A stretch of DNA of 44,593 nucleotides. Source: Deltaproteobacteria bacterium. Lineage in GTDB: Bacteria > Desulfobacterota > Desulfobacteria > Desulfobacterales > C00003060. The DNA is taken from positions 1 through 44,593 of the forward strand of contig JAFDFO010000004.1 of NCBI GenBank assembly GCA_019309815.1. The letters run 5' to 3'. This document shows positions 1 to 10,160 of the stretch, in pieces (the first letter of the stretch is position 1; every line of letters begins with the position of its first letter). The notes under the pieces were generated by a model. The model saw nothing but the letters and a program-made list of their open reading frames with translations, was not told where the DNA came from and made no database searches. Position numbers and translations under genes: made by a program.

Positions 1-158
1 TTCTTTTTGGCTTTGGCTTTTCGCCATGCGCCATGCCCTATGCACTTTGCGCCACCGTGAACGGTGAACGGAAGGGCCAGCAGCCTCCCCTAACTTTAGG
101 CAGGCTCTAGGCACTTTAGCGCACTCTAGGCACTTCAGGCACTTTAGATCACTTTCGG
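1..158. repeat. Tracts of short (about 7 nt) tandem repeats (GCCATGC-, GTGAACG- and GGCACTT-type units)
   Basis: Direct reading: cgccatgcgccatgccctatgc, gtgaacggtgaacgg, and ctaggcactttagcgcactctaggcacttcaggcactttag. Related units recur at 22061-22126 and 31851-31895. Confidence 0.5.
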
Positions 159-464
159 TTAATCCCCAACAAGATGTCCCCTCACACTCTCCACCTTATC
201 CCTGGCTGATGCCTCTTTGTCCCTACGGTCATCGACCTTGATGGTCGTCACGACCCGAAGGGCACCTGCCTCGAACGGTACCTCGTGCATTCTTAGAACA
301 ACCTCGAAAAGCTCCCTTAGATCCCCCTCAACGATGGTCCCCATACCGTGTAACTCATAGGTGAAGCCGGATTCTTCCAGGACCTCGAGACACGCCGCAA
401 CATAACTGCTTACGCTGGTGGACTCCGTTCCGATCGGAACGATGCTTATCTCTGCTATGGCCAC
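159..464 (-). CDS. MTH1187/YkoF-like (DUF77) thiamine-binding family protein
   Basis: The translation MAIAEISIVPIGTESTSVSSYVAACLEVLEESG...HGMGTIVEG is typical of the roughly 100-aa MTH1187 family. I place the start at the GTG at 464, preceded by aaaaggaagggaaag (SD), rather than at the ORF-track start 515. Confidence 0.7.
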   Translation of the reverse strand: MAIAEISIVPIGTESTSVSSYVAACLEVLEESGFTYELHGMGTIVEGDLRELFEVVLRMHEVPFEAGALRVVTTIKVDDRRDKEASARDKVESVRGHLVGD

Positions 465-714
465 AGTCTTTCCCTTCCTTTTCGTTTTTCGGCTTAACTG
501 CAATTTTGAGCGCACTCCCTGTCCCGCCGTGGCGGGACTCCAGGGAGCTTCAGAGCCAGTGCCTGGGGAAAAGTATATTCATCGTAATCTAAGCGTCAAG
601 GGAAAAACTTAGCGCAATGTTCAACGGCGATTTCAGTTGACGTTGCTACCCCCACCGGGCACAATAAAGAATTCGACCGAAACCAAACAAACACAAAAGC
701 GGAGTCATTTAAGG

Positions 715-3543
715 ATGCCTGCAGACAACATCGCCGTCCGCGGCGCACGCGAGCATAACCTCAAGAACATTGATGTAGACATTCCTCGAAATCGACTCGT
801 TGTCATCACCGGTATTTCCGGCTCCGGCAAATCTTCGCTTGCATTTGACACGCTGTACGCTGAGGGACAGAGGCGATACGTCGAGTCGCTTTCAGCCTAT
901 GCCCGGCAGTTCTTGGAGCAGATGGACAAGCCGGATGTGGATAGTATCGAAGGCCTTGCTCCTGCCATTGCCATAGAGCAGAAGACAATCTCTAGGAACC
1001 CCCGCTCAACTGTCGGCACTGTCACGGAGATCTACGACTATCTTCGACTCCTGTATGCCCGCATTGGCGAGCCGCATTGCCACAAGTGCGGACAACCCAT
1101 CACAGCCCAAACCAGCCAGGAAATAGTGGATCGCCTCATGGCCCTTGAGCCCGGAACCAAGCTCGTCATCCTGTCCCCAGTGGTCACCGACGGGAAGGGG
1201 GCTCATCAAAAGCTGCTTCAAAGACTTCAAAAGGACGGCTTTGCGCGAGTAAAAGTCGACGGCAAGATGTTTGATCTGGATGAACCGATTGCAATGGATA
1301 AGAACAAAAACCACTCCATAGCCGTGGTGGTTGACCGTCTCGTTGTAAAGGAAGGGGCCAGGAATCGTCTGGCCGACTCAATCGAACTGGCCATGGGGCT
1401 TTCAGAAGGTGTGGTCACCGTTGAGCTGTTGGAGGGCGATCCACTTGTTTTTAGTGAGGAGGCAGTCTGCATGCGCTGCGGGATCAGCTACCCTCCCTTT
1501 ACACCAACCAGCTTCTCCTTTAACAGCCCGCAAGGAGCCTGTCCGGCGTGTGGTGGCCTCGGTTCAAAAATCGTTTTTGATCCAGATTTGATCGTTCCGG
1601 ATCCTCGCCTTTCTCTGAGAGAAGGTACGATTGCTCCGTGGGAAAACAGACATTCCGTTTACTTCTATCAGGTCTTGGACGCCATCACAAAACGGTTTCA
1701 AGTGAACGTCTATACCCCTTTCGACGATTTCCCCGAAGTCTTGAAAGATCTTCTCCTTTATGGGTCCAAGGGTCAGGACATTCCCTTCTATCTTGAGCGG
1801 GACGGGCGACGATATACATACTCCAGACCTTTTGAAGGGGTTCTTCCGAACCTGGAACGGCGCTATAGGGAAACCCGCTCACACCACGCCCGTGAAGGAA
1901 TCGAGCGGTTCATGAACGTGCGACCCTGCCCGGACTGCAGCGGTGCCAGGCTCAAACCAGAAAGCCTTGCAGTCAAGGTGGGCGGGCAGTCCATTCATGA
2001 GGTGTGCACACACGCCATTGCCGGTCTACTTGACTTCTTCACAGGGATTCCCCTCGGCTCCCGAGACAAGGTCATCGCCAATCCTATCGTCAAGGAAATC
2101 TGCGAAAGACTCCGTTTCCTGACCGAAGTGGGCCTGGGCTACCTGACACTCGGTCGGGCTTCCGCTACCCTGTCAGCAGGCGAAGGACAGCGGATTCGCC
2201 TGGCGACACAGATCGGTTCCAAGCTGACCGGCGTACTCTACGTTCTGGATGAACCGAGTATCGGGCTCCACCAGCGCGACAACAAGAGACTCTTTAGCAC
2301 CCTCCAGCAAATGCGGGATTTGGGAAACACGGTGATCGTGGTGGAGCATGACGCGGAATCAATCCTTTCAGCTGAGCATGTGATTGATATGGGGCTCGGA
2401 GCCGGTGTGGATGGCGGTTACATCGTCTTTGACGGGCCGCCCGAAGGCCTGCTTCGACACGAAACCTCTATTACGGGACAGTACCTGTCCGGTCGAAGAA
2501 CCATACCGGTCCCTCCAAAACGCCGCCCGCTGAAAAACGGCTTCTTGACCGTGGAAGGGGCGTCGACCAACAATTTGAAAGATATTACGGTTGGCTTCCC
2601 GTTAGGGTGTTTCGTGTGCGTGACAGGGGTGTCGGGCTCTGGGAAATCAAGCCTGGTAGTCAGGACGCTTTACCGATCCCTGGCTCGCCGCTTCTATCAA
2701 TCCAGAGGAACCGTGGGAAAGTACCGCAAGCTTACGGGGCTTGAAAAGATAGACAGTGTTGTCAACGTGAACCAGTCCCCAATCGGAAGAACCCCGCGAT
2801 CCAACCCAGTCACCTACACGGGAGTGTTCACAGACATTCGCGACTTGTTCGCAAGAACACCGGAGGCCAGGGCGCGAGGATACAAACCAGGACGCTTCAG
2901 CTTTAACGTAAAAGGGGGAAGGTGCGAGGCCTGCCGGGGGGATGGCATCATCAAAATCGAGATGCACTTCCTCCCCGATGTCCACGTCACATGCGATGTC
3001 TGCCATGGGAAACGATACAATCGGGAGACACTGGATATCAGGTACAAGGGAAAGAACATCGCGGAAGTTCTGGACGTAACCGTGAATCAGGCCATGGACT
3101 TCTTTGGGAAAATCAGGAAGATTAGGACCAAACTCCAGGCCCTGATAGATGTCGGTCTGGGATACATCCGCCTCGGGCAGCCGGCAACCACCCTTTCCGG
3201 CGGGGAGGCCCAGCGGATTAAGCTCTCAAGAGAACTTGGCAAACGGGCTACGGGGCGAACTGTCTATTTCTTGGATGAGCCCACCACAGGGCTACATTTT
3301 GCTGACATCCACAGACTCCTTGACGTCCTGGACAGGCTTACGGAGTCCGGCAATACCATCATCGTCATCGAGCACAACATGGATGTCATCAAGTCAGCCG
3401 ACTACGTCATCGACCTTGGGCCGGAGGGAGGAGATGAGGGTGGCCGTGTTGTGGGATGCGGTGCACCAGAGGAAATTGCGCAACTTCCGGCATCTCACAC
3501 GGGAAGCTTTCTGGGAAACGTTCTGGATTCTCACAAGGACTGA
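715..3543 (+). CDS. uvrA: Excinuclease ABC subunit A
   Basis: About 940 aa with two ABC ATPase modules ([10 protein letters not shown] and [10 protein letters not shown] Walker A; LSGGE signatures) and zinc-finger CxxC pairs. The ATG at 715 follows aagga, and [19 protein letters not shown] is a canonical UvrA N-terminus. The ORF-track start 637 adds 26 non-conserved residues. Confidence 0.95.
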   Translation: MPADNIAVRGAREHNLKNIDVDIPRNRLVVITGISGSGKSSLAFDTLYAEGQRRYVESLSAYARQFLEQMDKPDVDSIEGLAPAIAIEQKTISRNPRSTVGTVTEIYDYLRLLYARIGEPHCHKCGQPITAQTSQEIVDRLMALEPGTKLVILSPVVTDGKGAHQKLLQRLQKDGFARVKVDGKMFDLDEPIAMDKNKNHSIAVVVDRLVVKEGARNRLADSIELAMGLSEGVVTVELLEGDPLVFSEEAVCMRCGISYPPFTPTSFSFNSPQGACPACGGLGSKIVFDPDLIVPDPRLSLREGTIAPWENRHSVYFYQVLDAITKRFQVNVYTPFDDFPEVLKDLLLYGSKGQDIPFYLERDGRRYTYSRPFEGVLPNLERRYRETRSHHAREGIERFMNVRPCPDCSGARLKPESLAVKVGGQSIHEVCTHAIAGLLDFFTGIPLGSRDKVIANPIVKEICERLRFLTEVGLGYLTLGRASATLSAGEGQRIRLATQIGSKLTGVLYVLDEPSIGLHQRDNKRLFSTLQQMRDLGNTVIVVEHDAESILSAEHVIDMGLGAGVDGGYIVFDGPPEGLLRHETSITGQYLSGRRTIPVPPKRRPLKNGFLTVEGASTNNLKDITVGFPLGCFVCVTGVSGSGKSSLVVRTLYRSLARRFYQSRGTVGKYRKLTGLEKIDSVVNVNQSPIGRTPRSNPVTYTGVFTDIRDLFARTPEARARGYKPGRFSFNVKGGRCEACRGDGIIKIEMHFLPDVHVTCDVCHGKRYNRETLDIRYKGKNIAEVLDVTVNQAMDFFGKIRKIRTKLQALIDVGLGYIRLGQPATTLSGGEAQRIKLSRELGKRATGRTVYFLDEPTTGLHFADIHRLLDVLDRLTESGNTIIVIEHNMDVIKSADYVIDLGPEGGDEGGRVVGCGAPEEIAQLPASHTGSFLGNVLDSHKD

Positions 3544-3680
3544 ACGAACCTCCCAACTGGCGAGTATGGTGGTTGTCAAAAATATGTTCTGTTTACGGCA
3601 GAGTTTCTAAGTTGACAGGGGGTATCCTGTGCTTGATTCTTCAACCGGGGATATGTGTAGCAGAGGAGAACAAGCCAACA

Positions 3681-4361
3681 TCACTTTGGCGCTATAACCC
3701 ATCCAGACTTCATATGGACACGATGTCGTTTCGACTGTGGTGGGGTAAGTCTGTAAAAGAGTCGCTCCAACCTGAGGCCGAAATCAATGTTTTCGACAAA
3801 GATTTGGGACGGGCACTGAAGATGGACGGGGGCAAAATTCATGATACCTTTAACCCCGGCCTTGACGAGCAGGTCTGCAGTATCCTGAGCCCACGTCGGC
3901 TTTACGGCAATCACACCGATTTCCACGCCATTCTTCTTAACCAGACGACTCATGGCTTCCAGCGGTGAAACATCGACACCTCCAATAGTTGCACCGATTC
4001 TCTTAGGTTTGCGGTCGAATGCTGCCACAAAGGTGTAACTCCCGTGGATGAACTCGGCATGCCTTAGGAGAGCCGAGCCAAGGTTTCCTGCTCCCACAAG
4101 GCCCAAACGCCATTCTTTGTCCAGTCCGAGTATCTTCCTAATCTCAGGCAGGAGTTCTTGCACATAATACCCAACGCCCCTGACGCCGAATTGACCAAAG
4201 TAGGCCAGGTCCTTGCGGATCTGCGCCGGATTCACACCACAGATGTCGGCCAGGCGCCCTGAGGAAATGACTTCCACCCCTTTTTGGTCCAGGAGGTCAA
4301 GATTCCTCGCGTAGACCGAAAGGCGCGCGATGGCGATTGAGGGAATTTTCACAAATTTCAT
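3681..4361 (-). CDS. rex: Redox-sensing transcriptional repressor Rex
   Basis: MKFVKIPSIAIARLSVYARNL...AYFGQFGVRGVGY...GLVGAGNLGSALL shows the winged-helix plus Rossmann GxGxxG layout typical of Rex. The start ATG at 4361 has gaggaa upstream. Confidence 0.9.
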   Translation of the reverse strand: MKFVKIPSIAIARLSVYARNLDLLDQKGVEVISSGRLADICGVNPAQIRKDLAYFGQFGVRGVGYYVQELLPEIRKILGLDKEWRLGLVGAGNLGSALLRHAEFIHGSYTFVAAFDRKPKRIGATIGGVDVSPLEAMSRLVKKNGVEIGVIAVKPTWAQDTADLLVKAGVKGIMNFAPVHLQCPSQIFVENIDFGLRLERLFYRLTPPQSKRHRVHMKSGWVIAPK

Positions 4362-4444
4362 GGAAACAATTCCTCGCTCGATATTTGTCAAAACTGTTTG
4401 TTTATTGAGGGGTTTTCTTTGCGAGAAAGGGCTTGAACCAAAGC

Positions 4445-4497
4445 AAAAAAGAAACGGGGTTGCATACCGCCCGTTACAGGCGACTGCAACCCCGTTC
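4445..4497 (-). terminator. Intrinsic terminator downstream of atpE
   Basis: On the minus strand the stem is AACGGGGTTGCA ... TGCAACCCCGTT (12 bp), followed by TTCTTTTTT. It lies 14 nt after the atpE stop. Confidence 0.65.
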
Positions 4498-4510
4498 AGT
4501 TTCTGTTCAA

Positions 4511-4879
4511 TTAGTGACCGAACAGTGCTGCAATACTTTTCGACTGCGGATGTGCGTAAATCAAAATCAACGCAACAACCAGGGCGTAAATGACCAGGGA
4601 CTCGACCATAGCTAGACCGATCAACAAGGTCACAGTCACTTTACCCGAGGACTCAGGGTTTCTGGCAATGCCTTCAACCGCATTCCTGATGGCCCAACCC
4701 TGCCCGATAGCGCCTCCAAAGGCGGCTAAGGCGAGAGCGAAGCCGGCAGTGAACACTGATACCGTGAAGTACTTCAGGCCGGCCAGGCCAAGTTCATCAC
4801 CCGCTGCATAGGCCACTGTAGAAACGGCGCACAGCAAAAACACGGACGTTAGGGTTGAAAATGACAGTTTCTTGAACAT
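4511..4879 (-). CDS. atpE: F0F1 ATP synthase subunit c with a signal-peptide-like N-terminal extension
   Basis: The core [22 protein letters not shown]...[23 protein letters not shown] is the c-subunit hairpin with the carboxylate Glu. A strong SD (aaggaggaaag) precedes the ATG at 4879. The first 25 or so residues, [25 protein letters not shown], look like a signal peptide. Confidence 0.9.
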   Translation of the reverse strand: MFKKLSFSTLTSVFLLCAVSTVAYAAGDELGLAGLKYFTVSVFTAGFALALAAFGGAIGQGWAIRNAVEGIARNPESSGKVTVTLLIGLAMVESLVIYALVVALILIYAHPQSKSIAALFGH

Positions 4880-4949
4880 AGTCTCTTTCCTCCTTTTCTA
4901 AGATTTTTTTCTATGGGCTTCTTCCATGTGAAAAGCTTATCTTCATTTA

Positions 4950-5645
4950 TTAGTGGGCATGTTCCATTGAACCAGCAAAGTACATGATCGAAAGTAGAAA
5001 GAAGACGAAAGCCTGGACAACGCTCACAAAAATCCCTAATGCCATGATGGGGGCCGGGGCAAAAAACGCACCCGCCAGCAAGAACAGGATCCCTACCACC
5101 AATTCGTGACCCGCAATGTTTCCAAAGAGACGGATACTCAGGGAGAGAATTCGGGCTGTGTGGCCGATTAACTCAATCGGCAATATGAGCGGTGCCATCC
5201 ACCATACGGGTCCCAGGAAGTGTTTTATATAGCCAGGCCCGTGATACATGATCCCGATAATGTGGGTCAGCGGAACAACGACAAGCGCAACAGAGGCCGT
5301 CGTATTGACGGTAGCCGTAGGCGGGTAGAAACCCGGAATGAGACCGAAGAGATTGCATGTTAGAATGTAAAGGAACACGGTGGCAAGGATCGGAAAGAAC
5401 CGCCGGCCCTCCTCCCCGGCCACATCCACAACGAAATCTTCCATCCCGTTGATCATCAGCTCCAGGAAATTCTGGCCTTTGCCGGGAATCATGCTGACTC
5501 CCTTGGCGCCCAGACCCATGAGTACAATGAGCATGCCCATGGCCAGCCACGTGTACAGCACATGGGGATAGTGGTGCGCAAAATCTGCCGCCTTACCGCC
5601 AAACAAATCGAACAGCAATACGAGAAACAAGTGTGGATGTTCCAT
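4950..5645 (-). CDS. atpB: F0F1 ATP synthase subunit a
   Basis: Polytopic membrane protein containing LSLSIRLFGNIAGHE, the conserved Arg motif of subunit a. It lies adjacent to atpE. Confidence 0.9.
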   Translation of the reverse strand: MEHPHLFLVLLFDLFGGKAADFAHHYPHVLYTWLAMGMLIVLMGLGAKGVSMIPGKGQNFLELMINGMEDFVVDVAGEEGRRFFPILATVFLYILTCNLFGLIPGFYPPTATVNTTASVALVVVPLTHIIGIMYHGPGYIKHFLGPVWWMAPLILPIELIGHTARILSLSIRLFGNIAGHELVVGILFLLAGAFFAPAPIMALGIFVSVVQAFVFFLLSIMYFAGSMEHAH

Positions 5646-5646
5646 A

Positions 5647-6033
5647 CTATACGGCCTCCTTGAAAATGATTCTTCTTATTTCGTTAAACGTTGCTATGAA
5701 GATACTTGTCACCACCACCGATAGGCCGATGATGAGTCCCAAGGGGTTTACCCAATCGTCCGCTATGAGGACAAATATAATAACGGCGCTGGCCACGAAA
5801 CGAAGATAGTACTTGCCAAGAACAGCGCTCGTATTGCATTCGTGTGGCGACGTCAGGGTGCGCTTGAGGGATCGATACATAAGGTGGAAGTTGATGGTCA
5901 CGATCAGCCCACCAGCCAAAATTCCCCACGCAAAAGGCCCCGATGCCAGGACAAATCCGGAGATTGTTACCACAGAAAAAAGGATCCAGTTGGTCAACGT
6001 AATGAACCTTAGTAGCCTTCTTTCTATAAGCAC
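5647..6033 (-). CDS. atpI: ATP synthase protein I (AtpI-like membrane protein)
   Basis: 128-aa protein with 4 predicted TM segments, directly abutting the atpB start (1-nt gap). Position and size fit AtpI/UncI. Confidence 0.6.
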   Translation of the reverse strand: MLIERRLLRFITLTNWILFSVVTISGFVLASGPFAWGILAGGLIVTINFHLMYRSLKRTLTSPHECNTSAVLGKYYLRFVASAVIIFVLIADDWVNPLGLIIGLSVVVTSIFIATFNEIRRIIFKEAV

Positions 6034-6052
6034 GGCTTTACGTCTTCCTTTG

Positions 6053-6271
6053 CTAGAGTCTCCGGCTTCTCTCTACAGCCAAATATATGTTGCGAAACCC
6101 GGCAATCACCCCAAGGCCAAGAAAAATCAGCGTGAGCCACGGCGAGGTCTCAAACTTCGTGTCAAGCCAGTAGCCAATGCCCAAACCGATCACGATGGAC
6201 AGGGCGATTGAGAAGCTCAGGCTACTGTAAAACCATAGCTCCCTGAACAGTTTCTTAGTCTCTTTTTCCAT
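6053..6271 (-). CDS. atpZ: AtpZ/AtpI-family small membrane protein
   Basis: 72-aa protein with 2 predicted TM segments (SLSFSIALSIVIGLGIGYWLD...LTLIFLGLGVIAGF) at the head of the atp F0 module. Confidence 0.6.
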   Translation of the reverse strand: MEKETKKLFRELWFYSSLSFSIALSIVIGLGIGYWLDTKFETSPWLTLIFLGLGVIAGFRNIYLAVERSRRL

Positions 6272-6366
6272 GACAAAGAGCGCTTGGCCAGATAACCGTA
6301 TTCCTTAGAATATCCGGCTTCTAGCGAATAGCGCGTGCTATCATATGATAGCCGACAAGTCAATCC

Positions 6367-7656
6367 CTAAATCGTCAAACTATCAAGAATCTGTTTGGCT
6401 GCCAGGATCGTCGCCTGAATATCCCCTTCATTGTGGGCACTTGAAACGAAAAGGGCCTCGTACTGAGACGGCGCCAGATAGATACCTTGCTCCAACATCC
6501 CCTTATAATATTTGGTAAACATCCCGAGGTCGCTCGTCTGGGCTTCGGCAAAATTGGTCACACGCTGTTCGGTGAAGAACAGCCCCATCATGGACCCGAC
6601 CCGGTTTGTCACGGCAGGGACGCCTGCCATGCCAATAGCCTCCTCAAGACCCGATTCCAGCATAGCCGAGCTCGCTTCCAGGGTTTCATAGAATCTAGGC
6701 TGCTGCAAAGCCTGCAACGTCGCGATTCCGGCTGCCATAGCCACAGGGTTCCCGGAAAGGGTTCCGGCCTGATACACCGGTCCTTCCGGCGCCATGTTCT
6801 TCATGATCTCTTGTCTTCCGCCATATGCCCCAACCGGAAGTCCCCCGCCAATAATCTTTCCCATGCAGGTTAGGTCCGGCATCACATTGTACAGGGTCTG
6901 AGCACCACCATAGGCAACGCGAAAGCCCGTCATGACCTCGTCAAATATGAGGATGATCCCATATTCCTCTGTCAGGGCCCTCAAAGCTTCCAGAAATCCC
7001 GGCTCTGAGGGAACAAGGCCCATGTTTCCTGCCACAGGCTCAACGATGATGGCGGCAATACTATCGCTTTTCTCGGAAACCAGGGCTTTGACCCGATCCA
7101 CATCGTTGTAAGGGAGCGAAACGGTGTTTTTCACGAATGCTTCAGGAACCCCGGGACTCCCGGGAATGTCTAGCGTCGCTACTCCAGAACCGGCTGCCAC
7201 CAGCAGAGTATCAGCATGTCCATGGTAGCAGCCATCAAACTTAATCAGCAGTTCTCTGTCTGTGACACCACGCGCCAGGCGGATTGCGCTCATGGTAGCC
7301 TCTGTGCCCGAGTTGACCATCCTGACCATCTCCACTGATGGAACCGCTTCGATAACCATTTTGGCCAGTTCTGTCTCAAGGTCTGTGGGTGCCCCAAAGC
7401 TCGTGCCCCGCTCAAGAACACTTCGAATGGCTGCTACCACGTCAGGATGGCGGTGCCCCAAGATCATAGGACCCCATGAACCAACATAGTCGATGTAGGC
7501 ATTCCCATCGGCATCGAAGAGCCTGGAGCCTTCGGCCCGCTGGATGAAAACCGGCTCTGCCTCCACTGAAAGGCATGCTCGGACCGGGCTGTTCACCCCC
7601 CCGGGGATGACATTTCGAGCCTCTGCGAAGAGTTTTTTAGAACGATCGTGCTTCAT
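6367..7656 (-). CDS. hemL: Glutamate-1-semialdehyde 2,1-aminomutase
   Basis: 429 aa. [31 protein letters not shown] and the PLP-lysine context MGKIIGGG are classic HemL motifs. Confidence 0.95.
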   Translation of the reverse strand: MKHDRSKKLFAEARNVIPGGVNSPVRACLSVEAEPVFIQRAEGSRLFDADGNAYIDYVGSWGPMILGHRHPDVVAAIRSVLERGTSFGAPTDLETELAKMVIEAVPSVEMVRMVNSGTEATMSAIRLARGVTDRELLIKFDGCYHGHADTLLVAAGSGVATLDIPGSPGVPEAFVKNTVSLPYNDVDRVKALVSEKSDSIAAIIVEPVAGNMGLVPSEPGFLEALRALTEEYGIILIFDEVMTGFRVAYGGAQTLYNVMPDLTCMGKIIGGGLPVGAYGGRQEIMKNMAPEGPVYQAGTLSGNPVAMAAGIATLQALQQPRFYETLEASSAMLESGLEEAIGMAGVPAVTNRVGSMMGLFFTEQRVTNFAEAQTSDLGMFTKYYKGMLEQGIYLAPSQYEALFVSSAHNEGDIQATILAAKQILDSLTI

Positions 7657-7767
7657 TAACAGGAGTGCTCCCTTCCTGACTTATTCGAACCCCTCCTTTA
7701 GTGGTTAATGCCCAAAAAATCAAGTATTTTATCCACCTTCTCACCCCAATTACTTGGCTCCCGCCAG

Positions 7768-8006
7768 AAAGCACCAAATCACAAATTCCAAATAACTACT
7801 GTTCTCAAGGCGTCAGGCGCAACCGCGGCGCCAAAACACTAGAAGCCATCTCAAAAATCCCAATCTGGCTTCAGGGCCGAGACGGCAGACTAATTCCGGA
7901 GTGTTGGAGTACTGGAGTATTGGAGTGTTGGAGTGTTGGTTATAAAAAAAGCAGTTGTTCTTTCGTTCTTTTCCAGTACTCCATTACTCCATCACTCCAT
8001 TACTCC
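7768..8006. repeat. Composite repeat: conserved module (AAAGCACCAAATC..GTTCTCAAGGCGTCAGGCGC) plus a heptamer hairpin (GGAGTRT)n / (AYACTCC)n
   Basis: Left arm 7898-7939 is ggagtgttggagtactggagtattggagtgttggagtgttgg. Right arm 7973-8006 is ccagtactccattactccatcactccattactcc, its near reverse complement. The module at 7768-7820 recurs at 18190-18235 and, inverted, at 23301-23320 and 23527-23546. Confidence 0.8.
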
Positions 8007-8154
8007 CGCTCTTTGAGGCTTGCCGACAGGACTACCAAGCCTTAAATGTGTTTTTGAGATTAGGAATTTTTCAGTTAGATGACGGGTGGGTGCAAACTGG
8101 CAACAATGCGGATAGGGCAGAGATAGCCTTGTTTGGAAGTAGAAAGCGGGTCGT

Positions 8155-8925
8155 CTATGGTTCGAAATACGATTTCAACCTGGTGCGCAGTTTGGAAATG
8201 GCCTTTGTGTGAATCTGGGAGATCCTCGATTCGGTCAGACCCATGATCTCTCCTATCTCCTTTAACGTCAGGCCGTCATAATAGTACAGGGAAACCACAA
8301 TCTGATCTTTCTTGGGCAGGGCTTTGATCCCGCTGGCAATGACCTCTTTGAGTTCCCGGATCATAACGTGATCAACGGGACTGTCCTCTCCTCGAATCAA
8401 GCCCTTGTGAGACCTCTCGGATCCGGAATTGTCCTGTGCTCTCTCCACGTACTCGTCGAGACTCAAGACCTCAAGATCCCGGGCTGCATCAAACACATTG
8501 TAGTAGGTGTCCAGGTCAATACCCATCTGCCCGGCGATCTCCGAATCCCCGGCCGGTCGCCTCAGTTTCTGCTCAACCGCGGCTGTAGCCTGCTCCACCT
8601 CACGAACTCTTTTCCTGATCGAACGAGGCATCCAGTCCATACTTCTGAGTTCGTCTATAATGGCCCCCTTAATTCGGCATTCTGCATACGTCCTTAATTG
8701 GACTGCCCTGCCGGGATCGAACTTCTCAATGGCATCTAACAGCCCCAGACTCCCAGCACTGATCAAATCATCGATGGATACATTGGGAGGAAGACGCATT
8801 GCTATTTGGTTTGCCAGGAACTTCACCAATGGGGCGTACTCGGCAACCAGGGCATTACGCCCTGAAATATCCGTTGCCCCAGGCCGTTTGATATCGGTCT
8901 TTTCAAGGTGTTCTGTCGCTTGCAT
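8155..8925 (-). CDS. fliA: FliA/WhiG-family RNA polymerase sigma factor (sigma-28)
   Basis: 256 aa with sigma-70 regions 2, 3 and 4 (DLISAGSLGLLDAIEKFD; LTLKEIGEIMGLTESRISQIH). It lies immediately downstream of flhG, as in flagellar clusters. Confidence 0.9.
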   Translation of the reverse strand: MQATEHLEKTDIKRPGATDISGRNALVAEYAPLVKFLANQIAMRLPPNVSIDDLISAGSLGLLDAIEKFDPGRAVQLRTYAECRIKGAIIDELRSMDWMPRSIRKRVREVEQATAAVEQKLRRPAGDSEIAGQMGIDLDTYYNVFDAARDLEVLSLDEYVERAQDNSGSERSHKGLIRGEDSPVDHVMIRELKEVIASGIKALPKKDQIVVSLYYYDGLTLKEIGEIMGLTESRISQIHTKAISKLRTRLKSYFEP

Positions 8926-8989
8926 AGTGGGTATTCTCTACAACCTGTGCTGACACTGTTCAAAGGGCTGCTGTCACACCTAAAGGATA

Positions 8990-9880
8990 TCAGTGGCAGC
9001 TCATGAGCTTTCGCCAGAAAAACTTGATGTTCCCGTCAGAGGGTCCCTCCGCTGAACTGGTTAGCAAACGCTCAGCCAACTCACAAAACCCCTTGCTTGA
9101 CTTACAGTGTGGAAACCGTTGCAGCACGGGGCGCTGCTCTTTGGCAGCCTTCTCACAGTGTTCATCCTTGGGAATAAATCCAAGATATTCTATGGAAATG
9201 CGCCCCAGAAGCGGGGCAGCTTCATTACACAAGTTCTCAAAAACCAACCTCGCCTCCTGGGCGTCCTTCACCATGTTGGCGAGCAGCTTGAAGCGTTTGG
9301 TTCCGTGTTCGGTAAATATGACCTTCATCAGGGCACATGCGGACCGAATAGAACTCGGTTCGCAGGTAGCCACCACGATTCGTTCCTGGGCAGCGATATT
9401 AAAATAGATGATGTTCGAAGAAATGCCCGCTCCCGTGTCTATCAAGAAAATGTCAAAATCTTCATTCAATGTATCAAATTCGTTGAGAAGATTCAGTTTT
9501 TGCCCGTTGGTCAAATGGGCCAGGTCGTGCACACCAGATCCTGCAGGAATGATATGGATATCTTCGGGACCCTCGATGATCACCTCTGCAAGATCTTTTT
9601 CACCGCTCATCACATGTCTGATGTTATGCTTAGGATTGAGGCCGAAAATGAGATCTATGTTGGCCAGCCCCAGATCCCCATCCAGAATCAACACACGCTT
9701 TCCGAGTCTCCTGAAGGCTATGGCGAGGTTACCAACGACACTCGTTTTGCCCACACCACCCTTTCCGCTCGTTACGGCAATAACGCGAGGGAATGTGGGT
9801 TTCGTTGGCGTTTCCAGAATCCCGTCCATATTCTGAGGCCTCTTGTTAACCATCTCATTGAAAACACTTGCTTTATTCAT
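8990..9880 (-). CDS. flhG: MinD/ParA-family ATPase, FlhG (YlxH)-like flagellar number regulator
   Basis: Deviant Walker A SGKGGVGKTS, and position directly upstream of fliA. Confidence 0.8.
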   Translation of the reverse strand: MNKASVFNEMVNKRPQNMDGILETPTKPTFPRVIAVTSGKGGVGKTSVVGNLAIAFRRLGKRVLILDGDLGLANIDLIFGLNPKHNIRHVMSGEKDLAEVIIEGPEDIHIIPAGSGVHDLAHLTNGQKLNLLNEFDTLNEDFDIFLIDTGAGISSNIIYFNIAAQERIVVATCEPSSIRSACALMKVIFTEHGTKRFKLLANMVKDAQEARLVFENLCNEAAPLLGRISIEYLGFIPKDEHCEKAAKEQRPVLQRFPHCKSSKGFCELAERLLTSSAEGPSDGNIKFFWRKLMSCH

Positions 9881-9910
9881 GCCGGTTCCATCCCTTGCCC
9901 TTTATGTGTA

Positions 9911-9924
9911 GCAATTTGTGTGCC
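9911..9924 (-). promoter_or_regulatory. Candidate sigma-54 (-24/-12) promoter for flhG-fliA
   Basis: The minus strand reads aGGCACacaaaTTGCt against the consensus TGGCAC-N5-TTGCW. The GC element lies 31 nt upstream of the flhG ATG, and a sigma-54 activator gene lies directly upstream. Confidence 0.4.
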
Positions 9925-10160
9925 TTTTTCACGAGACTGGCGTTTTTTCTTGATCTCATTCGATTCGACGCCGAGGCTCGTGCGTAACTGCTTGACATCA
10001 CAAGAATATACGTTCTACGCGTGCTTATCGGGTCAGAGGACGATTTGCCAATGATGAAAAAGGGTGGTTTCCTTGGATTTTTTCTGTGGAATCTGTCAGG
10101 TTTTTGACCGCGGTGAGGGTCAAATGGCCGGCAGAAGAACTGAAGCAGGGGGTCTATGAA

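Noticed and set aside
4340-4365. Rex operator half-site (TTGTGAA) at the rex start codon
   Set aside because: Only one half-site is present, with no proper inverted partner at the expected spacing (TTGTGAA-N-TTCACAA). It also lies in coding sequence.
7701-8045. 114-aa plus-strand ORF
   Set aside because: It runs through the hairpin repeat (..WSTGVLECWSVGYKK.. / ..QYSITPSLHYS..), so it is a translated repeat.
9107-10054. 315-aa plus-strand ORF
   Set aside because: It lies antisense to the well-supported MinD/ParA-type flhG gene. The translation has no recognisable motifs and an odd composition, so it is most likely a shadow ORF.
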